Origin: a virus | Taxonomy: Duplodnaviria > Caudoviricetes | Virus record (IMG/VR): IMGVR_UViG_3300032295_000123 | Location: 1 to 26,639 of that record | DNA: 26,639 nucleotides | Direction: 5' to 3' (one strand) | In this document: positions 1 to 7,438 of the stretch, one piece after another | Numbering within the stretch: position 1 is the first letter of the stretch | How the letters are laid out: every line of letters starts with the position of its first letter | The notes under the pieces: model-generated | What the model saw: the letters and a program-made list of their open reading frames with translations, nothing else | Database searches by the model: none | What the model was told of the DNA's origin: nothing | Made by a program: the position numbers and the translations under genes

Positions 1-2380
1 CACCGTCCGTAACGTGATCAAACTTGCCCTCAGAGTTCTCTGTGACTACGTGTCTCTGTTGAACAGGTGGCCGACCAGCTCTCTTTTTGGTTACTGCTCC
101 GGCTGCGGGTGCTTCTTGTTTTTGCGTTTCTGTTTGGACGGTTTCAGCGGTCGCAGTGCCATCGATTGGGGTTCCTCTTTGCTTGGTTACTTCGGCTTCA
201 AATGCACGGTCTGCTGCGGCAAGCAGGCTGTCGTAATCGGGGTCGTCTCTGAGCCCTTCTTCGGCCAGTGTATCCGCCATGTTTGTACGATAGGAATCGA
301 GCGCTTCGTCAAGATTGGCGTACTCACCCGCTTGGTCGAACGCAGTGCTTGCGTTTGACTTGGCAATACTTTCTGCCTTAGCTTTCTTGGCTTCGTACGC
401 TGCATTGCGCTCGTCTTCTGCTTTAATCCGCTCGGCTTCAATTTCTTCGACGCTCTTAGCTTCAGGCGCGGCTTCGGCTACCGGTGCTTCCGTCAGTGCA
501 GTCGGCTGTGCGCTTTCTCCAGCAGCAATGTCTGTAGTAGCTGGTCCAGCAGGAACCACTCCATCTCGTTGATCGTCTCCAACCCCTGCGGCGGTGGGCT
601 CTGCACTGGGTCGTTCAGCCAAAGCAGGGCTTGCTCCAGTTGGCTCACTGATAGGTCTTGCAACATTCGGAGTTCCTCCTGCTTCTGTCTGCGCAAGCTC
701 ATCTGCTTGTGCCTCCTCTTGGGCTAGTGCCTGTGCGTCAATCTTCGCTTGCTGTGGGGGTACGCCCGACGCAATCAATTCCTGCGTAATCTCTTCGACT
801 CGACCTTCGGGTATCTTGATAGCCGCAGTCTTAGCCTCGGCCTTCAGTTCAGAGTCAACCTTACGTGTGGCAATGCGCTCGGCATTTTCAACGGGAATGC
901 CTTGTAACTCCAGCGTCTGAGTAAGCGCAGCAATTCGATCAGCTCGTTGCTTTTGCGCAACAATGGCTGTTGGTTCTGCCGCTGTCTCGGCGGCCTTCAA
1001 AAGCGCAGTGTCGTCCAGCGTAGGCTCAATGCGGTCGGGTGGTGGGGGCGCTGCGAGTTCTTTGTTGATGGCCGCTTGCTGTTCGGCCAATCTGGCTTCG
1101 CGCAAATTAGCACGGGCTTCCAGTGGAGCAGTAGCGCCTTCAGCCAATGCCTCCAACAAAACGTCGGCGGGCTTGTTATCCCCGGTGGCTTTCTGGGCTG
1201 CAAATTCACCACCTGCACCGCCAGCCATTTGCGTTGCTAGCTCTTTACCCCACGCTGCCATCGTAGCTTTTTTAGCCGCAGTGCCAGCGAGTTTGCCTTC
1301 AGCGATCAATGTTTGTGCAGGCTTCAAGAACCTGCCAGCAATACCCATAGACAAGCCGTCAAACACCCCGATGATCAGACCACGCTTAGCGCCCTTGTCC
1401 TTGATCTCAGCCATGATCTTGGGGTCAGCCAATGCCTTAGCCACGGCATTTGGGTCCAGCATATTGACGCGTTTTTCTTGCAGCACGTCAGCCATTGCCG
1501 AGCCGTACTCCATAGCGCCGGAAGCCAAACCTGCGGAACCGACACGAGCGGCTACTCCAGCAGGGGCGAGTACCAAACTTGGGACCATACCGGGCAGAGA
1601 AGCAAGGACAGACTCCGCCAGCAGCGTAAAGGTTGCTCGTGGGTTAGTAGCCAGAGCTGCAATGGCGTCGCCGTAAGTCTCAGCGTTGCCGATTTCTTGC
1701 ATGCCTGCACGGATAGAAGACGAGGGAGCAGCGGCGGCTCTTTGCTTTGCGTTGCGGGCCAACGAACGTCCAGCACTTTCAGCGTCGAACACACCCGACT
1801 GAAGCAAGTAGCTAGTTGCTGTATCGCCAAGGCTTGCGTCCACACGCTTAAACATGTTGCCTACGGCCTCTGCGGAGTACTGCACAGGCGATTCAACGAA
1901 CTTAGTCTCCGGTGTAGCTTTGATCTCTTGCGTGCCTTTGCGTGCAGTCGGGACTATAGAAGGCGCAGGTGTAGGTGCTTGCCGTTTGAAATACCCGCTA
2001 CCTCGTTGCTGCCCGTGCCTGACTACGTCTTCCCATTTGACGCCCATCTTCTGCAAGGACTGCTTCATCTCTTCGCGGTCAACGCCTTCTTCAAGCAGGT
2101 TGACGGCATCGTCGAGCATTTCTACGCGGTTCTTGTAGGGCGCACGTTGAGGCGGCTTGGGTTCTGTTGCACCAGTTCCTACCCCACTAGTTAACGCAGA
2201 TTGCGTAGGCGCAGGCGCTGGTTTTTGCGCAGGGGCTTCGTCTACTATCCATTCGCTACCTACCAAATACGCTTTAGCACCAGCTTGGTTTGTGGCTGTT
2301 TGCGTAATTGGTTTCCATTCGTTGCCGACTAAGGCGACACGTTCCCCCGTTTGGGGGTTGGTAGCTGTTTGGAGTGCCAT
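1..2380 (-). CDS. Very large internal virion / ejection-type (polyvalent-like) protein, 5' part only (>790 aa, runs off left edge)
   Basis: Absent from the ORF track because there is no stop in the window. ATG at 2380, 3 nt after the upstream stop; my translation stays open to position 2 (MALQTATNPQTGERVALVGNEW...SEGKFDHVTDG). Ala/Glu-rich helical composition, hydrophobic Gly/Ala stretch, last position in the ejection-gene cluster as in podophages. Confidence 0.8.
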   Translation of the reverse strand, partial: MALQTATNPQTGERVALVGNEWKPITQTATNQAGAKAYLVGSEWIVDEAPAQKPAPAPTQSALTSGVGTGATEPKPPQRAPYKNRVEMLDDAVNLLEEGVDREEMKQSLQKMGVKWEDVVRHGQQRGSGYFKRQAPTPAPSIVPTARKGTQEIKATPETKFVESPVQYSAEAVGNMFKRVDASLGDTATSYLLQSGVFDAESAGRSLARNAKQRAAAAPSSSIRAGMQEIGNAETYGDAIAALATNPRATFTLLAESVLASLPGMVPSLVLAPAGVAARVGSAGLASGAMEYGSAMADVLQEKRVNMLDPNAVAKALADPKIMAEIKDKGAKRGLIIGVFDGLSMGIAGRFLKPAQTLIAEGKLAGTAAKKATMAAWGKELATQMAGGAGGEFAAQKATGDNKPADVLLEALAEGATAPLEARANLREARLAEQQAAINKELAAPPPPDRIEPTLDDTALLKAAETAAEPTAIVAQKQRADRIAALTQTLELQGIPVENAERIATRKVDSELKAEAKTAAIKIPEGRVEEITQELIASGVPPQQAKIDAQALAQEEAQADELAQTEAGGTPNVARPISEPTGASPALAERPSAEPTAAGVGDDQRDGVVPAGPATTDIAAGESAQPTALTEAPVAEAAPEAKSVEEIEAERIKAEDERNAAYEAKKAKAESIAKSNASTAFDQAGEYANLDEALDSYRTNMADTLAEEGLRDDPDYDSLLAAADRAFEAEVTKQRGTPIDGTATAETVQTETQKQEAPAAGAVTKKRAGRPPVQQRHVVTENSEGKFDHVTDG
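91..162 (-). CDS. Possible overprinted 23-aa basic peptide (MALRPLKPSKQKRKNKKHPQPEQ)
   Basis: +1 frame inside the large gene; AGAGGA 10 nt upstream of ATG 162; TAA at 93-91. Confidence 0.3.
   Translation of the reverse strand: MALRPLKPSKQKRKNKKHPQPEQ
493..666 (-). CDS. Overprinted 57-aa Leu-rich protein (MLQDLSVSQLEQALLWL...LEKAHSRLH)
   Basis: +1 frame inside the large gene; perfect AGGAGG (680-675) 8 nt before ATG 666; amphipathic helical pattern while the main frame is low-complexity here. Confidence 0.55.
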   Translation of the reverse strand: MLQDLSVSQLEQALLWLNDPVQSPPPQGLETINEMEWFLLDQLLQTLLLEKAHSRLH

Positions 2381-2383
2381 GTT

Positions 2384-3889
2384 TTAGCGCTTGTCAGGAG
2401 TAAAGCCAGCGGGCGGTGGTGGTGGCATTGTGCCACCCCTTGGGCTCCGTGCGCTACCCCCGCCCCCAGAAACAGCAGATTCAGAGGCCTCAAATATCTT
2501 GCGTTGCTTGGCTGCTTCTGCGTCGTACAGAGCTTTAGCGTCCGCATCCCTACCTTCGCGTACGGCTCTCCGATATGCTGGGTTCAGGTTTGTGAACTTG
2601 TTCATCGCTGCAGCAACATCTTGATCAATTCTCTGCTGCACGGGGGCCGTAGTCACTCTAGCTTTTTCTGGCGCAACGTCGCTGGTCGAGAACGAAGTCT
2701 TGGTTTGTTGGGCAGTTAACTTACCAGCTTCTGCTCGAATACGTGCTTCGAACGCTTTTTCAGACTCACCCGGTTTTGGCCTACTAGTCGCCATCATATT
2801 AGCTACGTTATCTGCGTATAGCTGCTCAGCCAGTTTAGGACCGCCAGCGCCAGCACCAGTACGGGGGCGAGTAGCTGCTAGAGCCTTGGCGTCGAGATCA
2901 GCCAGAGCTTTGGCCTTGTCAAGCTCAAACTTAGCGGCATCGGCTTTGTCTTTACGCGCAGCTTCTCTTGCAGCTTGTGCGCCACGGATGTCACCCATAC
3001 GCTCCTTACGTTGTGCGTCGGCCAAGGCAAAACGCATGTTTTCAATAGAGCGTTGTTCAGCTATATCGGCGCGTTGGACTTCGCCCATCTCTTTGGCAAA
3101 TACAGGGAACGCTTTTGCTGCACCACGAGCCAGCGTGTTGCCCTCAAGGATCGCCCCAGCCGCAGCAAGCAAAGCCAATCCTTGGCCTTGGCGCGAAGTT
3201 TTAGCTCGGCCAGCTTCACGCTCGTCAAGCTTCCCAAACGCGGGTTTGTAAATATCTGGACCACCAAATTTTTCAACTTGCCGCATATATGCAGCAACTG
3301 CTGCGTCATCTTCTTCTGGTGTTGTGGTTCCGCGAGTCAGACGTTTAATCAAATTGCGAGTTTCTTGGGTGTCCTCAAACGCTCGGGCTTGTAGCCCAGC
3401 ATTACCCTCACCTGCGGGTTCGACTTCTCCGTCTGTACCTATTCTGCGAGTAGCGTCGTCGCTCGCTGCAAGTGCCTCGGGGTCTCCCGTGTTTAAACCA
3501 CCTGCTTGGAACGCAACAATGCCGCCCTCTGCGTAGTCCTCTTCGGAAGTAGGCAGGCCAGCCAGACCACCGGATGCTTGCATATCAGGAGCTTGAGCCA
3601 TTTGCTGTGGAGCTTGGCCCTGTGGCATTTGACCTGCGGGAGCGCCCATAGGCAGCATGCCTGCCAGACCTTGAGGTGCAACTGCTTGCGAAGCCAGAGA
3701 CGGAGCCGACGTAGGCCCTTGAGCCTGTTGAGCCATCTGCATGGCGTTCGACTCTTTAATGAGCTGCAGCGCACGAAGCGCTGTGTAGGGGTCCAAATTA
3801 GGATCAGGGCCCTGACCTAAAACTGTGGCTTGCAAAACTTGCGGGTTGCTCTTGAACCGCTCGGCAAAGACTGAGGCCTTATCAATCAT
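2384..3889 (-). CDS. Putative ejection / internal virion protein (501 aa)
   Basis: AAGGGAAG upstream of ATG; Ala/Gln-rich coiled coil, hydrophobic LALLAAAGAIL segment, YAEGG/FQAGG motifs; position in cluster. Confidence 0.7.
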   Translation of the reverse strand: MIDKASVFAERFKSNPQVLQATVLGQGPDPNLDPYTALRALQLIKESNAMQMAQQAQGPTSAPSLASQAVAPQGLAGMLPMGAPAGQMPQGQAPQQMAQAPDMQASGGLAGLPTSEEDYAEGGIVAFQAGGLNTGDPEALAASDDATRRIGTDGEVEPAGEGNAGLQARAFEDTQETRNLIKRLTRGTTTPEEDDAAVAAYMRQVEKFGGPDIYKPAFGKLDEREAGRAKTSRQGQGLALLAAAGAILEGNTLARGAAKAFPVFAKEMGEVQRADIAEQRSIENMRFALADAQRKERMGDIRGAQAAREAARKDKADAAKFELDKAKALADLDAKALAATRPRTGAGAGGPKLAEQLYADNVANMMATSRPKPGESEKAFEARIRAEAGKLTAQQTKTSFSTSDVAPEKARVTTAPVQQRIDQDVAAAMNKFTNLNPAYRRAVREGRDADAKALYDAEAAKQRKIFEASESAVSGGGGSARSPRGGTMPPPPPAGFTPDKR

Positions 3890-3898
3890 GATCTTCCC

Positions 3899-4924
3899 TT
3901 ACACCAAGTTGTTCAAGGCGAGTGCGCCAATGCCGCCGCCGTTTGAGTACGCCATACCACCGTCGGCCATAAGCTTGGAAATACCCGCTGCGCCCAGACC
4001 CAAGGCCGTAATGTTCTGCATCGCCGATGGGGGAGCTTGATAAATGGCAGAGCCAGTTGAAGTGAGCGGCACGCCACGAATGATGTCCGACATGAAGCTC
4101 AAGTTTTTGTATGGGTAGTTTTGCGCGTTGAGGAAATCCTGATACTTGGTATCGAGGTCTTTCTGTACTTGTGCTTGCTGCTGCAGACCGTACTGGTTTT
4201 GCAGGGCATTGATGCCCATATTCTGCTGGTACTGTTGCTGGCCAAGCTGCCCCAGTGTGCTGGCACCGGTCATAGCTGTCTGCAGCCCTTGAAGGCCGAG
4301 ACCCGCGCCAAACTGACCCTGCTGTGCGTTGAGTTGAGCAGCAGCTTGGTTTTGCGCCTGAGCCTGATTGAACTGTTGCTGAGCGTTCTGAAACGCGTTC
4401 TGCAACCCAGTAGCTTGAATGTCACCCTTTTGACGGGCTAAGTTACCGGCAGCTTGTGCACGCATCAGGTAGTCACCGCTACCGCCAAACGCGCCGGACC
4501 GAGCAGCTTGAGCGCCTTGGGCTTGCTGGGCAATCGCAGCTTGACGAGTGGCGTCTTGTTGCTGGCGCTCAACTACGTTCTGCATGTACGGAGACATGTA
4601 CTGGCTTACGTTCTCGCCTGTAAACTTTTGAGCTTGGTAGGGGTCAAACTTGTACTGCGTATTCAGAGCGCCAAGCCCCGCTGTGCCCGCCATAGCAGTC
4701 GCGTCTTTTAGCTGCGGCTGAGACTGCATCAAAGCTGCGTTTTCGTACGACTGCTTTTGCAGTGGGGAGAACTGAGCAACCCGCTCCCCCTGATACTGCA
4801 TGTATGGGTTGTACTCTATGTCGGTAAGCGCCTCTGCTTGACCCAAAAGTTTTTGAGCATAGGGGGCAACTTCCGGCGCAAAGCCGTAGTTTGTTTGCGT
4901 GATTTGTGTGGGGGTAGTGGCCAT
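3899..4924 (-). CDS. Putative DNA pilot / ejection protein, Gln/Ala-rich (341 aa)
   Basis: AAGGAG RBS; YMSPYMQNVV and GAFGGS motifs, Gln-rich helices, C-terminal ALGLGAAG hydrophobic segment typical of podophage internal proteins. Confidence 0.7.
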   Translation of the reverse strand: MATTPTQITQTNYGFAPEVAPYAQKLLGQAEALTDIEYNPYMQYQGERVAQFSPLQKQSYENAALMQSQPQLKDATAMAGTAGLGALNTQYKFDPYQAQKFTGENVSQYMSPYMQNVVERQQQDATRQAAIAQQAQGAQAARSGAFGGSGDYLMRAQAAGNLARQKGDIQATGLQNAFQNAQQQFNQAQAQNQAAAQLNAQQGQFGAGLGLQGLQTAMTGASTLGQLGQQQYQQNMGINALQNQYGLQQQAQVQKDLDTKYQDFLNAQNYPYKNLSFMSDIIRGVPLTSTGSAIYQAPPSAMQNITALGLGAAGISKLMADGGMAYSNGGGIGALALNNLV

Positions 4925-4935
4925 GTTTTGGCTCC

Positions 4936-7137
4936 TTATGCGGGGAGGTATTTGTCGGCACGGCTGTTAACAGCTACGCGCTTCTTGCCAGTAGTTTTGC
5001 GTCGGGCTCTTTGTACGCGGTCCATCATGGCGTACAGCTTACGCGCACCAGCTTCAGTCGAGCCGTTGCCCAACTCAGACACGATACGTGCAGGCACCAC
5101 GAATTCACCGTCGGCTAAACGTGCAGGGCGTTTGTTGCCGATTGAGGCAGGGATGCTGTCAGACACACCGTCACCGGGGCCACGCAGCAAGCGTCCGCCG
5201 TCAGAGTAATCGCCGAGGTTGTACCCAGCTCGTCCGCCAGCAGCCAAAGCGCCGAGACCGCCGATAGCCATGTGTTGGACCATGCCGCCGTTAGCTCCGG
5301 CAGGAGGGGGTTCTTCACCTCTTGGTGGCGTAATAGGCCTTGCTTCCCATTTTTTATCAACCGTGTTGAAAACCCATTCATTACCCGCGCCGGGATCAAA
5401 AGTTGGCTTTGTGTCTTTGTTTGCCAGCGCTGCTTCTTTTTCAGCGGCAAGCACGTAGGAAGGTTTGACATACTCAGGATTCGGCTTGTACGTGCGCGTA
5501 ACTGGGTCGAATATGTACTTCTTGGTTTTCATGTTCACCGGCATACGACCGACAGACTCGTAGTACGGCTTCATGATTTCGCCGGTAGGAGTGTAGGGAG
5601 TCGGCGAGTACGCAGTTTTACCTGACAGGACGTCAAACGATTGCCCAGAACCACCCGTCTGAGTGTTGTATTTGGCGTTGAAATCAGCCATGGACGTAGG
5701 TACGTATGGGGTATAGCCCAAGCTACCACCGCCCGCTGTATAAACGTCACGTACATTCCCCATGCCCGTGAAGCCGCCTTCTGGCCGACCGGGGATATTG
5801 GGTGTGACTACAGTGCTGCCACCGCCGCCACTGCCTCCGGGAGAGGGTGTTGTTCCGCCTCCGCCTCCGCCTCCGGGAGAGGGTGTTGTTCCGCCTCCGC
5901 CTCCGCCGCCTCCGCCGCCTCCGCCGCCTCCGCCGCCTCCGCCGCCTCCGCCGCCTCCGCCTCCGCTGGTGGTACGGTATATAACGCCATCAATAGCGAC
6001 ATCATCGGGGCCCATTTGGGCACGCAAAGCGTCTCTAGCAGCCTTACGCTCGGTGCGTTCCATGTCCATCTGCTTGATGCGGTTGTAGGCTTGCTCATCA
6101 GTCTCTCCGTACAGCATGCCTTTAACGCCCTGCGCCAGCATTGGCGCAAGAATCGGATCAGAAGGCGTGTAAGCCTTCAGTTTGGCTGCAGCGTCTGCGT
6201 CCTGCTGTGCTTTAAGCTCCGTTAACCGTTGTATCTCTTCTGGCGAAGTTCTGCCACCGCCGGTAACAAAACCCCCATCGTCAAAAGCTGCGATACCCCC
6301 ACTGGCCATGCGCACAACGGGTTCACTGCGCTGTGCAAAATCCAGCACGCCGGGGTTGTAGCCGCCGTCGGCCATAGCCATCAATCCACCTCCAGCAGCT
6401 CTAGCCGTGGCTTCGTATGGAACACCGACTTCGTACGTACCACCATAGGGGTCATACGCATATGGGCGAATCATGCCGGGTTTGGTCACAGTTTGTGGGA
6501 GTTTTGATTCCACAGCCGCGCCCGCCAAAATCGCTGGCCCTGCGGCGTACATCAAGTTTTTAGCGTTGTCTCTAGCAAAAGAGGCAGCTGCTTGTGGGTT
6601 AGCCGTAGCTGCGTTAAAACCCGCAGACAGTCTATCCGCGAACGGTGTAGTTTTAATCGCATCAGCCGCAGCTTGATTAAGCACGCCTTGTTCAGTTAGG
6701 CCAGACTGGGCCATTTGTGCCGCAATTTGTTCTTGCGTGAGTGCCCCCATAGCACCCTCTTGCACAGCACCAATCCCAGCGCCAGCCAATCCAGCACTAA
6801 AACCGGCTCCGCCGTACGCTCCCAGACCAGCCGAAATGCCCCTGCCGATGTCGCCAGTACGGACAGCCTCAGCTCCACCAACAATCATGCCCGCAGTCAT
6901 GGGGTTAATCGCCCCACCAGACAAATAGCTAAGGCCAAAACCAATAATAGTCGGTAAAAGTTTCTTCAGAAATCCAGCTTCGGGTAGGCCTGTCTCGGGG
7001 TTGATGGTCAACGAGCCGCCGTGACTCTCGGCCAAAGCTTGAAGGCCCCTAACTTCTTCGGGGGCCATGTGGACAAGCATCGTGTCAGGGCCGCGACCCT
7101 TGGATGCCATGTGGTCGGCTAGTACTGCAAGGCTCAT
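4936..7137 (-). CDS. Putative ejection / internal virion protein (733 aa) with poly-Gly linker and C-terminal GPGDGVSDSIPA...GEFV domain
   Basis: GAGAGG RBS; N-terminal GRGPDTMLVH...TINPETGLPEA motif, Gly/Ala hydrophobic segments, many xAxGG motifs. Confidence 0.75.
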   Translation of the reverse strand: MSLAVLADHMASKGRGPDTMLVHMAPEEVRGLQALAESHGGSLTINPETGLPEAGFLKKLLPTIIGFGLSYLSGGAINPMTAGMIVGGAEAVRTGDIGRGISAGLGAYGGAGFSAGLAGAGIGAVQEGAMGALTQEQIAAQMAQSGLTEQGVLNQAAADAIKTTPFADRLSAGFNAATANPQAAASFARDNAKNLMYAAGPAILAGAAVESKLPQTVTKPGMIRPYAYDPYGGTYEVGVPYEATARAAGGGLMAMADGGYNPGVLDFAQRSEPVVRMASGGIAAFDDGGFVTGGGRTSPEEIQRLTELKAQQDADAAAKLKAYTPSDPILAPMLAQGVKGMLYGETDEQAYNRIKQMDMERTERKAARDALRAQMGPDDVAIDGVIYRTTSGGGGGGGGGGGGGGGGGGGGGGGGGTTPSPGGGGGGGTTPSPGGSGGGGSTVVTPNIPGRPEGGFTGMGNVRDVYTAGGGSLGYTPYVPTSMADFNAKYNTQTGGSGQSFDVLSGKTAYSPTPYTPTGEIMKPYYESVGRMPVNMKTKKYIFDPVTRTYKPNPEYVKPSYVLAAEKEAALANKDTKPTFDPGAGNEWVFNTVDKKWEARPITPPRGEEPPPAGANGGMVQHMAIGGLGALAAGGRAGYNLGDYSDGGRLLRGPGDGVSDSIPASIGNKRPARLADGEFVVPARIVSELGNGSTEAGARKLYAMMDRVQRARRKTTGKKRVAVNSRADKYLPA
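5833..5964. repeat. Tandem repeats: 2 x 36 bp (5833-5904) then 6 x gccgcctcc (5905-5958), encoding GGGGGGGTTPSP units and a ~25-Gly run
   Basis: Read directly from the sequence. Confidence 0.95.
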
Positions 7138-7165
7138 ATTTGCCTCTCAAAATGGGGGTTGGTTG

Positions 7166-7194
7166 ATAATATCATGCTGATGTCTTTATACGAA
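7166..7194 (-). promoter_or_regulatory. Possible extended -10 sigma70 promoter for the ejection-protein genes
   Basis: Minus strand TTCGTA-17 nt-TATTAT with TGn extension, ~28 nt upstream of ATG 7137, in one of the few intergenic gaps. Confidence 0.35.
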
Positions 7195-7438
7195 GCGCTT
7201 GGCTCGTAGTCCCTGTAGTAGTGTCTCTGAAGACATCGCCGATCCGTAGACTGGGTAAATCTGCGTCAGTCGGCAGCGTACCGATGTCTAGGTTGAGCGT
7301 AGTCCCGCCCATATCGCCGGGGTTGGACAGTTGGTTAAAGAACAAACGCAAAACATTGTTCAGTTGGTCTTGATACCGGCGTTCGTATTCGTTAGGGGCC
7401 AACGGCAAGTTGGGCGGGGTTGCGTTTAGTTCAGCCAT
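7172..7438 (-). CDS. Conserved small phage protein downstream of the nozzle gene (88 aa)
   Basis: ATG overlaps upstream stop (TGATG); PNLPLAPNEYERRYQDQLNNVLRLFF helix. Confidence 0.75.
   Translation of the reverse strand: MAELNATPPNLPLAPNEYERRYQDQLNNVLRLFFNQLSNPGDMGGTTLNLDIGTLPTDADLPSLRIGDVFRDTTTGTTSQALRIKTSA

Noticed and set aside
187-441. Additional nested minus-strand ORF (also 997-1218, 1552-1845, 3061-3309, 3493-3774)
   Set aside because: No convincing Shine-Dalgarno at the starts and no protein-like pattern, unlike 493-666.
963-2194. Long plus-strand ORFs (963-1676, 1313-2194) as real genes
   Set aside because: They are antisense shadows of the uninterrupted minus-strand giant gene; no RBS or recognisable motifs.
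5833-5964. CRISPR-like array
   Set aside because: Repeats are contiguous with no unique spacers, lie in frame within a CDS, and no cas gene is present.
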